Of a DNA stretch of 64,000 nucleotides, positions 24,540-36,710 are shown one piece after another. Location: positions 62,001 through 126,000 of the forward strand of contig NIVC01001438.1 of the NCBI GenBank assembly GCA_002269645.1, given 5' to 3'. The stretch's first letter is position 1. Every line of letters begins with the position of its first letter. A program made the position numbers and the translations under genes. Under the pieces are notes generated by a model. It worked only from the letters and a program-made list of their open reading frames with translations. It was not told the DNA's origin and ran no database searches. The DNA is from Macrostomum lignano. Taxonomy: Eukaryota.

Positions 24540-25560
24540 AAAAAGAGGTTAGGCTCAAATACTTCTTCAGTTTCTAGAGTTAATTGAAGAATTCGCTTTT
24601 CAGTTACAGCACTGATCGATCCTTCAGAGCTGTCTCTTACTGTCTCAGCTTTTGTAGTGCGTGTAGTCCTGGAATTTTCCCTCAGATTCTTCGAGCATGC
24701 GTCCGAAAGCATGCTCCAATATGCAGCGTCCTCCTCTGACGACATCTTGACATGGAGCTGCTTCAGTTTTTTTGTTTTCTGACAGACTCTTATAGAATCT
24801 GGAGACTGTCGTATTGTTGTTTCTCCTGACTTGCTTCAACGTCAAAGGAGCGCATCGAAAATCCAGATCTTCAACTGCTCTGCTGCAATATTATCCTCTT
24901 CACTAGCGTCAGATGCAGCCTTTGCAATGCTTCTGCGGCGTAGACGTTTAGAATGCTCACAGACTCAGTAGGATCCTTCTATTGTGATCCTTTTTAGTAA
25001 AGCCAAGATCGACTTGTCGCTGCTTCAGTTGACATGTCTTCGTTCTCGTTTGAATCTTTCAGTGCCCTTCTTGCTTTGTCCTCGACTTTAAGTCTGACTG
25101 AGTCGCCCAAGTCAACGTCGATGTCTCATCTACTTCGATCTCATCTAGGGTATTTCCTTTGATTTGATTCAGCTTTCCCGATTCGGTTCCAAGCATCAAT
25201 TTGCCAGCTTTTGCGAGCTCAATGCCTCGTGAATTCTGTAGAAAGTGTGGTTGCACTTGCAGGTTGTGACCACAAGGTGTCGCGAAAGCCAGCCCAGCTC
25301 ATTTTCGTTGAGCTTAAGGGGCCTGGATACCGTTGCAACGTACTTTCTCAACTTTGTTGAGTTCAAGCGCTCAGGATGTTTCAAACCCGTGCACTTTGAA
25401 ATCACGTTTTGAATGGCTTCCTTAGCTTGATCGGACGCCACTGAACAGAAAACTACGGCTGACTTCTTCACCGCAGACGGATCGGAAGTCGGGTACTGAC
25501 CAGACGTTGCCCTCTTCTGAGCCGCTGATGCCTTGCCAGCGAGCTGCTGCGCTGAAGTTT
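24540..25560 (-). pseudogene. Decayed tyrosine-recombinase-like gene with a C-terminal Myb/SANT-like motif
   Basis: LNSTKLRKYVATVS..ELGWLSRHL(G)HNLQV..FYRIHE..IELAK.GKL across frameshifts; downstream SSEEDAA..GKIPG..ALKDRS. Confidence 0.7.
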
Positions 25561-26499
25561 CGGCAGAAACGGTAGCTGTCGAATAGACAATAAACTAATA
25601 ACTAATAATATGTTATTAGTGGTGCAGAAAGGAAGGAGGGGAAAGAAGTGAGGGGCCTAAGCCGCGGGTTGAAGTTGTATTTATACTAACAATAATGAAC
25701 AGGCCAGCCAAATTGTCTGTGGTAAATGAACGGTTACGATAGTCTGTGGGAAAGGCATGGTAGACAAAGGGAGACGGCTAACTGAAAAGTACAAGGTAAT
25801 AGAAAGTACAAATATTTGAAGGATGGAAATCCGACAGTAGCCTTATCGACTTTCTTCTTTGAGGCGGCCGCTGAAGCTCTATCGTGCAGGCTCTGCGGCC
25901 TCCGCTTTGTTCTCAACAGACACGCGCTGTCAGCAGAATCCGTCAGGCGACCCGGACCCATTGAACGATAATCCATCAGATTCGTCACTTCGCTTTCGAC
26001 CTGAGCGAAGGAATTTTAATTAGAAAATTATGAGCTGCAAAACAGTTTTGACTGAAACATACTAATCGGATAGAGCCCAGCTTCAACATACACTGATTCA
26101 TTGATGGTTTGCTTGGATCCTGGACCCCAATATGCACATATGTACATAGTGACAATTACAATTGTTTTCTCTAACTCACCATTTCCTGAGGCTTGGCTTC
26201 CGGGAAGCACTTCTCTGAAATGTGAGATTCAGTATTATGCCAGCTATGTCACAAATTGTGTGAATACATATCCCGATGAACTACTGATGGATCAGTTCTT
26301 ACCACAAGATGAATGCAAGTTGAGAATTACACTAGCTGGGATTTGACTTCTGAGTTCCCAAGTATTTTCCTTACTGCAATAGAAAATGTGAGCGCATAAG
26401 ATTTCAGAAGTAAAGCGTTGATTTTGCAATGTAAGCAGCAATGCCAGCTTATTTAACAAGTTTATTCTTACCTTGGATAGGATTTGCTTCTCGCTAAGC

Positions 26500-26860
26500 A
26501 GGAGGGCACATCTTCGCACAGCAGAACACAATGTCCGGCATGTTTTTCTCTACAGCCTGTCGGGCACTGTTGGCGACAACGTGAAGAGTGCACCCCCTGT
26601 ATCCACCAAGTGGTTTAGCTCGGGTATACTTCGCAGATGCTTGGTAACGCCTGCGTTGGTGCTACGCATGACGTTGAAATTGTCCAAGCAGTCGCCAAAC
26701 TACACTAGGCAGCAAATTGTAACCCAGCACGCAATGGCGAATGTCCTCGGCACAGCTCGTGGCATCGAGAGCCTCGAGAGAAATTGCACCCAGCATTTCA
26801 ATGATGACTCTTGCCAGATACGTAGCGAGCGCACACAAACATAAAGCCATCGCTTTCGTC
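26500..26860 (-). mobile_element. hAT-like DDE transposase remnant
   Basis: LDNFNVMRSTNAGV..L..LVDTG(G)CTLHVVANSAR resembles the D..VM.G...GV / C.LH segment of hAT transposases; frameshifted. Confidence 0.5.
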
Positions 26861-27179
26861 AAAGCTGAGTAGAAACCAGCTTCGATAATATATTTTTTTC
26901 ACTTCGCTCAGCAGAAAAGGCGTAATGGCGTGATTCACTAGATAAAAGAGCTCATCTCGCTCTTGTTTTTTTCGTCTTTGGCATGCTACAGTAAGCTAAG
27001 GTTGTGCGGGGAACTGGGCCCTCGTACGACTGAATCGAGATTATGATTAGTTAACAGTAACCAACAGTAATCACATATGTAAGTCGCTATTGACGGAATA
27101 GTAGTCACGTGACTGTTCTCAGCCAATAGCGACTTACATGTATGTTTTGCCAATAGAAACGGCCGAGTGAATCCCAAGG

Positions 27180-28404
27180 TTGCGCATGCATGCTCCTGGA
27201 GTCGATGAAGTTAACCGTCTTAACTCGTGCTTTCGATCAACAAGCTTCACAGCAAGCAGGCCCTCTTTTCAAATAAATGCACATAGAGTTGGCAGGAAGA
27301 GCCAGCTGCCGTAGACAGTCGGGGATCCCGCAATCTTGTCGAACTGTGTCCGTCAGAAATGTGGATTTAGACAGCAGGAACTCGGCCAGTCGAGCCGAAG
27401 AAAACCAGCTGTCCGTGAACAGGTGGTAGATAAGGTTTAAAATCTGGCTGCTCAACTCAACCACAATGCGCTCGTTGAAGGTGGTCACACTCCAACTCTT
27501 GTCCAAATTTTTCAATTTCCGCATATGTACTGTGGATTAAAAAGTTCCACATGTACCCTGTCTGGGATTCACATAGACAGTACATTTTGATGCCAAACTT
27601 GCTTTGCTTGCTTGATATGTACTGACGAAAAAGCAGGCGTCCTTCGTACAGCACTAGCGATTCGTCAATGCAGATGTTCTGCTCTGGCAAATAAGTATTC
27701 TGCATTGCCTGCTGCATAATTCTAAGAAACGGTCGAATATTTCTTAGAGGGTCGTTCAAGTCTGCGATTGCGATGCAGTCGTAGAAGCACAGGAAGTGCA
27801 TGATTTGTTTATATCGATCTCTTGACAGGCTTGCAGGTTGCTGCATGAAAGGGCACTGGTCGAACGGGTCCGTAGACCAGTAAAGGTGCAATTCCGGCTT
27901 CTTGCTCAGCCCCATTAAAAAATTGGTCGCTATCACCTTCCTGGTCTCGTTCAATATGCAATTCTTCCAAGTCTTCAAGATTGGTGGCACCTCAGCTGGC
28001 TCACCTCCTTCAGCTTGAAACCTTTCTAACTCAAACCAAGCTTTCTTGTTGGTCCTCTCGCACAGCTTGTTCATCAGCGCGTCAGCTAAAAATAGGTCGA
28101 AAAACCATTGAATATTGTTGTCTGGATCAGCTGGCGCCACCAAATCCGGGTGCAAGCCAGAGGTCGCCATGAATTTCGAATCTGGCTCCTGCAAACCATT
28201 CTCTCCGGGTACGACGCGTTGACAGCCACCTATTTCTTCATCCACGGATGCACTGTCTAGATCGGAAGCCTCATTGGACGAGTCAGTAGTGGAATCGCTG
28301 CTATCTTGATCCTCGTCATCGGACATCAACTGCTCAAAATCTGTTTCTTCGCCAAGTGATGCCATGTATAACTGCTTCTGTATGCCAACTCTTACAAAAT
28401 CCAA
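27180..28404 (-). mobile_element. piggyBac (PGBD4-like) transposase, frameshifted and 3'-truncated
   Basis: LSRDRY..I..FL, IDESLVLYEGRLLFRQYI.SK..KFGIKMYCLCES.TGY, LFTDSWFSS..LA..L; no TTAA-CCC termini located. Confidence 0.9.
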
Positions 28405-28906
28405 ACTCTTATGCTAGGTTTTTTTACTGTGACTTTCCTAACCACATTCATGAGATGTCATAAGACTCCAGGTCTTTAGCGGACAGTCAAACCAACTGGC
28501 TATGACATAACTTTAAAATTATTCAACCTGTCAAAGCAGTAAGAACTCCAGTACAATTATTCAGTCTGGAGCTGTGACACTGAGTACAAACACGCCCATA
28601 GACAATATTGTTGTTGCCTGCAGCCATGGCCTGCATAGCAGGCCATCCGTCTTTAAGTGAGGAGATCAGAAGGTTCACAAAACTTAGAAATTTTTCTATG
28701 GCCTGCGGTGCAGGCCACCCGTTTGCAATTGAAATGACTTGTTTTCAGTTCGTCACGAAGAGGGGTCCATTAACATTGGCGTTGCTGTTTACAGCAGATT
28801 AGCTTGCGTACTCCTGTCCTCCGTCCTCTCCATCAGCTCGCCAGTCTTTTCCAGCGCAATCTGCAAAAGAAGATTCGTTTTACTTCACTTGATTTTTTGG
28901 GTACTC

Positions 28907-29292
28907 GTAGTTTACTCTCAAAAATCTATCTACAGCCTGCAGGGTGCATAACTGATAAGAGTAAAAAAACTTTGCTCAGAGATATTTTTCAGCTCGATTT
29001 CTAAGTCTTCTAAGAACATACACTGCAATCAATTAATTGGGGGTTTAACTGGACCAGCCTTCTATTCTCTTCTGGAGTGCTCAAAAAGTATTTCTGTGGT
29101 AGATGCACATTGCCTTGGTCATCTTTCGGGTAGTTTACTCTAAAAAATCTATCTACAGCCTGCAGGATGCATAGTTGATAAGAGTAAAAAAGCTTTGCTC
29201 AGAAATACTTTTCTGTTGGATTCCAAGTCTTCTAAGAACATACACTGCAATCAGTTAATTGGGGGTTTACCTGGACCAGCCTTCTATTCTCT
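28907..29292. repeat. Two diverged direct copies of about 164 bp (28907-29070 and 29130-29292)
   Basis: Both begin gtagtttactct..atctatctacagcctgcagg and end ggaccagccttctattctct; period 223. Confidence 0.9.
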
Positions 29293-29911
29293 CCCGGAAT
29301 AAAATTCTGACCTTAGCTTTTAAGTCTGCGTTTTACAAATTTTGTGGGTTGTAATGGATAAATAAAGACCTATTGTCCTTTTGTAAATTTAAACAATAAC
29401 TTTATTAGCAATACCGATAAATGATCCAAGACTGGGGGTTCAAAAGCGGCAGTGGCTGGCACCGGGGCGACTTCAGACGGTCCAGGAGGTGCATTAGTAC
29501 CAGCTGAGGAGCTTGAACGTGATGGAGATATGGTTGCCGCTTAGAAGTTGCCGGATTTTTGTCAGTAATATCGTCTCTTGGAATCTCGCAGGTCTGAGCC
29601 GGTGGCTGATCGAATCGTCTAGTCTTTTTGTTAGAGCGTTGGGGCTGGACAGTTTTCACAAGTATGTCTCTGTCAACTTTTTATGCGTTCGTGGAAATAC
29701 AGGTTTTTCTTTATGCGACCAGCCTGGTCCATTTCAACCCTCACAAAACGCTCCAGAACAGAGTTACAGGGTGGTCCACCTAAGCTGTCCCTCTAAACCG
29801 AGAGGTCCACGTAAGGAGGCTTTCAAACCGACGGAAGGTCCACGTAAACACACATACACTAACACAGAAAGACAGACAGACAGACAGACTGCATTCCCTC
29901 ACCACCGGCAG

Positions 29912-32900
29912 GCGCGCAGCAGCGATCTCAGCACGGTCTCCAGTCGCTAGGCCGAGTGCAGCTCGCCCGCCAACCAACTTCAGCTGTTGGCGCCGATTCA
30001 AATTCAACAGCAAAGCCGGAGACGAGCAAAGAACCGCTAAAAACTGCGGCGGCTTCGGCGAAGCAGCAACGGCCGCTGCGCAGCGAACTGGACGAGATCA
30101 CCAAAGGCGACATGGTGGCCAGCGGTTGGGCTCTAGCGCACAACGACGAATTGGACTACTCGGCCAAGATTGTCTTCAGCGACGAGGAGGACGACGCTAA
30201 ATATCGGACAGCGACGGCCGCCCAGTCAGAGCAGGAGCCGCAGCCAGCGGACTCAAGTGAATCCCGGGACCCCAGCGCCACCGAGTCCCCCAAGCTGCGT
30301 AAGCCGGCCCGCCAGCAGGCAGCCCAGCAATCATTGAAGCTGAAACAGCAGAAGCAACAATCGCAGAAGAAATCAGAGCAGAAGCATTCAATGCTAAAGC
30401 AGAAAAAGCTTCGAAAAAAAGATTTCGAAGAAAAAGCCAAGGAAAGGCAGCAATCACCGGAGCATTTCTGTCCCAAGCGGGAGCAGCAGCAGCCGTCGGC
30501 GCCAGAGGATCAATCAGCAGCCAAGATCGCTCTGCTTTCCAACCAGACCGCCTGCGGCGCTTCATTGACTCGACCCACTCCGCTAATGGACATCGTGTAC
30601 AACGGGCCCCCGTCCGACTTGGCCCAACGCCAGCAGAGCCAGCTATTCGATCTGGAGCTCACATCGTCGCTAATGCCGTCGGATTTGCATCGGCGCCGTC
30701 GACCGTCGGCCCAGCAGCAGTCGGTGACGGCGCTGGAATGGACGCGTAGCGATCTGCGCGGCGCAGATCTGGCGCTAGTCGATGCTTGCACCGGCAAGAA
30801 TGTGGGAGGCGACTACTATAGGCACAGTGTGAGGGAAATTTGTGACGAATCGACTGAGGAAGATTCATGGAAGACTCAGAAGAACCACAATGCGAAAGAT
30901 GATCCTCAAGATCGCAAGATTCACCAGCCTAATCTGAGAACTCAGGCTCCTAGTCAGCCTCATCACCAGGCAAGTCAACCTCACCAAGAAAGCCAGCCTC
31001 ATCACCAAGAAAGCCAGCCTCATCACCAAGAAAGTCAGCCTCATCACCAAGAAAGCCAGCCTCATCACCAAGAAAGTCAGCCTCATCACCAAGAAAGCCA
31101 GCCTCATCACCAAGAAAGCCAGCCTCATCACCAAGAAAGCCAGCCTCATCACCAAGGAAGCCAGCCTCATCACCAAGAAAGCCAGCCTCATCACCAAGGA
31201 AGCCAGCCTCATCACCAAGAAAGTCAGCCTCATCACCAGACAAGCCAGCCTCATCACCAGACAGGCCAGCTTCCTCATCACCAGGCGAGCCAGCCTCCTC
31301 ATCACCAGGCGAGTCAGTCGCATCACCAGACAGGCCAGCCTCCTCATCACCAGACAAGCCAGCCTCATCAGGCGAGCCAGCCTTATCTCCAGACAATCCA
31401 ATGTAACCAGCCTGACGAATCTCAGAAACGTCAGCCTCGTCAGGCGGGCCGGCAGTCGCAGACTGAGCACTGCGGCGGCTGTGAGACCCGCGACTCCGGC
31501 GTTGAAACTTCGGTTGACCTGCCGTCCCAGGCCAGCAGCAACCGCAGCAGCCCCGGTCAGCCCGCCGCCGCGATGCACTCGGCCACAGTTGGCGCTGAAT
31601 TTGCCGCTGCTGACGGAGATCCGATCGGCTCGCTGCCTCGCCGCCTACGGGATGCCTGCGAGTTGCCCCCATCGCCAGCAGTCGGCAGCCTCGACGAATT
31701 CAGTTCGCAGTCTTCACAGTCGAGAATGGCCTCGTGGGAGGATCGCGGCTCGGCGTCCGGGAAAGTCAGCGTAGATTCACAGGTTATTATTGGGGTTGGA
31801 ATGTGCGATGCATTACTGCCTACTGCCAGTAGCATCTGCCGAGATTTACAAGTTATTATTGGGGTTGGAATGTGCGATGCATTACTGCCTACTGCCAGTA
31901 GCATCTGCCGAGATTTACAAGTTATTATTGGGGTTGGAATGTGCGATGCATTACTGCCTACTGCTAGTAGCATCTGCCGAGATTTACAAGTTATTATTGG
32001 GGTTGGAATGTGCGATGCATTACTGCCTACTGCTAGTAGCATCTGCCGAGATTTACAAGTTATTATTGGGGTTGGAATGTGCGATGCATTACTGCCTACT
32101 GCCAGTAGCATCTGCCGAGATTTACAAGTTATTATTGGGGTTGGAATGTGCGATGCATTACTGCCTACTGCTAGTAGCATCTGCCGAGATTTACAAGTTA
32201 TTGTTGGGGTTGGAATGTGCGATGCATTACTGCCTACTGCCAGTAGCATCTGCCGAGATTTACAAGTTATTATTGGGGTTGGAATTTGCGATGCATTACT
32301 GCCTACTGCTAGTAGCATCTGCCGAGATTTACAAGTTATTATTGGGGTTGGAATGTGCGATGCATTACTGCCTACTGCCAGTAGCATCTGCCGAGATTTA
32401 CAAGTTATTATTGGGGTTGGAATTTGCGATGCATTACTGGTTATTGAGGGGATTTTTAATGCTTGATAGATCATTATATCATTGTTTTTGTCACTTTTTT
32501 AGCAACCTATTGGCAGCCAGCAGCGTCAGCAGTTTCCATTGTCAACGGCATTAGCAACGACTGGTGGTGACTCATTCAGCTCATATCAGTTGGGGCTGCA
32601 ACAGCAGCAGCAGAAACTGGCTTCCAGTATATTAATTAGCCAATCAATGGTTGCTAAACCTGCTTTAATAGCGGCTTATGCCAGCCTGCTCCAGCAAGGG
32701 ACGGCTGGCGCCGGGCTGCAGCACCGGATGCACGGACTGTGTGGCCAGGTGTGTGAATGATATAACTGCTAGTTGCATTGCAGCAGACTCCAATTCCCAG
32801 CTGTGTGAGTAAGGGAGGCAGCAGACTCTGATTCCCAGCTGCATTAGTATGGCCCACCTAATTTGCATTGCTGGTAATTCAGTAATAAAAGGCATTAATA

Positions 32901-35382
32901 TGATAACTAATAAAGCATTCCTTCTGACTCCGCCCACAGCAGCAGCAGGCCAGACCTAGTCCACAGGCTCCGTTCGATAGCATTAGCAACTCGCCAGCAA
33001 ATCGGCTGTTTAATAATCAACTAAACTCTCCATGTCCTGGCGTGAGTTCAGCTATTTTATCCTGCTCAACAAATCATGACTGTTTTGCTTGTTGAGCTAG
33101 GTCAGTCATTAAACCTTTGTTCTACAGAAGCCCATCTCCGGCCTGCCGCCTGCGGCCGCGCCGGAATTTCGCTCCCCAGCCGGTGGCGTCGTTCCATTCT
33201 CGCCGCATCAACCGCCGCCTGGCTTTCAGTCTCCTCAGCATCAGTTATCTCAGTCTCCTCGGCAGCTTCAACCGTTGAATCAGCACCAGTCTGTGAGTGC
33301 AGTATGGATAAAAAGGTTTAAAAGGCCTTTTCCAGCTCACGCCACCACTACATTCTCTCTCCGCTAGATGTAGCGGACGCCTCAATGTACACTCGCTAGC
33401 CCCCGCCCACGCCTCAATGTACACTTGCTAGCCCCCGCCCACGCCTCAATGTACACTTGCTCGCCCACGCCCCAATCTACACTCGCTAGCCCCCGCCCAC
33501 GCCTCAATGTACACTCGCTAGCCCCCGCCCACGCCTCAATGTACACTCGCTAGCCCCCGCCCACGCCTCAATGTACACTCGCTAGCCCCGCCCACGCCTC
33601 AATGTACACTCGCTAGCCCCCGCCCACGCCTCAATGTACACTTGCTAGCCCCCGCCCACGCCTCAATGTACACTTGCTCGCCCACGCCCCAATCTACACT
33701 CGCTAGCCCCCGCCCACGCCTCAATGTACACTCGCTAGCCCCCGCCCACGCCTCAATGTACACTCGCTAGCCCCCGCCCACGCCTCAATGTACACTCGCT
33801 AGCCCCGCCCACGCCTCAATGTACACTCGCTAGCCCCCGCCCACGCCTCAATGTACACTCGCTAGCCCCCGCCCACGCCTCAATGTACACTTGCTAGCCC
33901 CCGCCCACGCCTCAATGTACACTTGCTAGCCCCCGCCCACGCCTCAATGTACACTCGCTAGCCCCCGCCCACGCCTCAATGTACACTTGATAGCCCCCGC
34001 CCACGCCTCAATGTACACTCGCTAGCCCCCGCCCACGCCTCAATGTACACTTGATAGCCCCCCGCCCACGCCTCAATGTACACTCGCTCTCATTAAATCT
34101 TCAGAGCGGCACTGCGGCCTCGTTTTTACCAATTTACTTTCCGTCAAACCCACCGCCGACGCCGCCGCAACAGCAGCATCAGCAGCACAATTTGCAGTTT
34201 GACCGCCCGCGGCCTTCGTTGCCAAACTGCGGCCAGAAGTTACCACCTATGCACATGCCGCCGCCTCCGCTCCCGCCAGTGCACTGCCCGCCGCCCCCGC
34301 TAGCAAGTCAGCAGCAGCGACATGCAGGCCATCTTCCAGGACAGCCAGGCCAGCATACAGGCCAACAACCAGGCCAACAGCCAGGTCAACATCCAGGCCA
34401 TCAACCAGGTCAACAGCCAGGCCAGTATCCAGGCCAGCATACAGGCCAACATCCAGGCCATCAGCCAGGTCAACAGCCAGGCAAACATCCGAGCAAGCAA
34501 CATTCTGCCCAGCATCAAGGCCAACATCCAGGCCAGCATTCAGGCCAACAACCAGGCCAACAGCCAGGTCAACATCCAGACCATCAACCAGGTCAACATC
34601 CAGGCCAGCATCCAGGCCAACATCCAGGCCAGAATTCAGGCCAGTATCCAGGCCAGAATCCAGGCCAGCATACAGGCCAACATCCAGGCCATCAGCCAGG
34701 TCAACAGCCAGGCAAACATCCGAGCAAGCAACATTCTGCCCAGCATCAAGGCCAACATCCAGGCCAGCATCCAGGCCGACATCCAGGCCAATATCCAGGC
34801 CAGCATCCAGGCCAGCATCCAGGCCAACATCCAGGCCAATATCCAGGCCAGCAACCAGGCCAGCATCCAGGCCAGCATCCAGGCCAACATCCAGGCCAAT
34901 ATCCAGGCCAGCAACCAGGCCAGCATCCAGGCCAACATCCAGGTCAGCATCCAGGCCAATATCCAGGCCAGCAACCAGGCCAGCATCCAGGCCAACATCC
35001 AGGTCAGTATCCAGGCCAACATCTAGGTCAGCATCCAGGCCAACATCCAGGTCAGCATCCAGGTCAGCATCCAGGCCATCAGCCAGGTCAGCATCCAGGC
35101 GAACATCCAGGTCAGCATCCAGGTCAGCATCCAGGCCATCAGCCAGGTCAACAGCCAGGCCAACATCCGAGCAAGCAACATTCTGCCCAATATCCTGGCC
35201 AACATCCCGGCCAACGCCAAGGTCTACGACATCCGGGAAAGCTGCATACCGGACAATACCCTGGTCAACACTCGCGACATCCAGGTCAAAGACATCCAGG
35301 GCCAGTCCAAAATACGGGCCAACACCCGGGTCAGTACAGAGGTGGATTCGGTGGCAGCGTCACTTTTGGTCCTCAGTTTTAA
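29912..35382 (+). CDS. PRRC2/BAT2-like protein, 3' exons 29912-31764, 32503-32748, 32940-33041, 33128-33292, 34105-35382; 5' exons not located
   Basis: [23 protein letters not shown] and [22 protein letters not shown] match PRRC2-family motifs; phase-0 GT-AG junctions are consistent; stop at 35380-35382. Confidence 0.75.
30955..31380 (+). repeat. Coding 21-bp repeat (QPHHQES)n
   Basis: cagcctcatcaccaagaaagc units inside the PRRC2-like exon. Confidence 0.95.
31777..32440. repeat. 69-bp minisatellite, about 9.6 copies, intronic
   Basis: Unit begins gttattattggggttggaatgtgcgatgcattactgcc; period measured 31792 to 31861. Confidence 0.95.
33377..34086. repeat. 32-bp minisatellite, about 22 copies, intronic
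   Basis: Unit gcccccgcccacgcctcaatgtacactcgcta. Confidence 0.95.
34320..35330 (+). repeat. Coding 12-bp repeat ([12 protein letters not shown])n
   Basis: Last exon of the PRRC2-like gene. Confidence 0.95.
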
Positions 35383-36169
35383 TCGTATTTACATGTATTA
35401 TTATATTTATCCGAATTGGGCTACTGTTAGTAATTAAGCTTAGAATTTTTAATTATTCGACTTTACCCGCCGTTGTCGCTTCAATTCACAGCAATGCTTT
35501 TTAAGTATGATAGTAGTATTTTTAGTGGGCGATTTTTATTTATATTTAGTATTTTTATATTGTATTCATCTGAACAGCAAGTTTACCACTGTCCAAGTTT
35601 TATCTGCACTCAGTCAAATAAACATTTTATGGTTATGTTTTATAATCTGGCAGCTTAAAAGGCCCCCATGCTTTTCGTATGGTGCGGGTTCTTTCACAGC
35701 AGCTGGCTCAGTTTATGCGTGGCTAAGGTAAACACCCAGGTTGCTAATGGGCCTAGCTGATGATTGTATTAGTCAAGTTTGTCTGCAATATATTTGTAAA
35801 TAATTAAATATCTGCTTATATCTGCTTCTATACGAATGTTCATATTTGTATAGTACGTTTTTATCATTTTACAAGTAATAATAATTTTATACATTTTCTC
35901 ACTGCTTCAGCTATGAAGAATTTTGTATTTCTGTACATAAATATAAGCGCGCGAGTTCAGTTTACTTTCATTGTATAATTTTTTATACGGCAACAAATTT
36001 TATGCAAATATTTACTGTTTCTAAACATGTTTCTTTTTTTAAAACTATTATTTTAGCTACAGATAACAATTATGTAGATACAGCTGTCTTTTGGGCAAAC
36101 AACTCCGTGAGGTAATTCACATTTGTATTGCATGCCAACAATATTGTATTATACAATATTGTATTGTAT

Positions 36170-36670
36170 GTTGTCGTCCATTGTCTGCCCATTGAGTGTC
36201 TGTCCTATGAGTGTCTGTCCACTGAGTGTCTGTCCAGGAGTGTCTGTCCACTGAATGTCTGTCCACTGAGTGTCTATCCGCTGGAGCGTCTGCCCACTGA
36301 ATGTCTGTCCACTGAATGTCTGTCCACTGAGTGTCTGTCCATGAGTTTCTGTCCACTGAGTGTCTGTCCATGAGTGTCTGTCCAGGAGTGTCTGTCCGCT
36401 GGAGTGTCTGTCCACTGAATGTCTGTCCACTGAGTGTCTGTCCACTGAATGTCTGTCCACTGAGTGTCTGCCCATTGAGTGTCTGCCCACTGAGTGTCTG
36501 CCCATTGAGTGTCTGTCCATGAGTGTCTGTCCATGAGTGTCTGTCCATGAGTGTCTGTCCAGGAGTGTCTGTCCATGAGTGTCTGTCCAGGAGTGTCTGC
36601 CCATTGAGTGTCTGCCCATTGAGTGTCTGTCCATGAGTGTCTGTCCAGGAGTGTCTGTCCGCTGGAGTGT
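36170..36670. repeat. 15-bp minisatellite (tgtctgtccactgag)n just downstream of the KASH-gene stop
   Basis: Tandem units visible; produces spurious repetitive ORFs. Confidence 0.92.
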
Positions 36671-36710
36671 CTGCCCACTATCTGCCGCGAGTCTCCTGAG
36701 CGTGTCCGCA

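Noticed and set aside
29405-29600. NDP..GSGW-like string as the missing PRRC2 N-terminal exon
   Set aside because: The motifs lie in different frames and there are no convincing splice sites.
31777-34086. Regular tandem arrays as CRISPR
   Set aside because: Head-to-tail units without unique spacers, eukaryotic introns, no cas genes.
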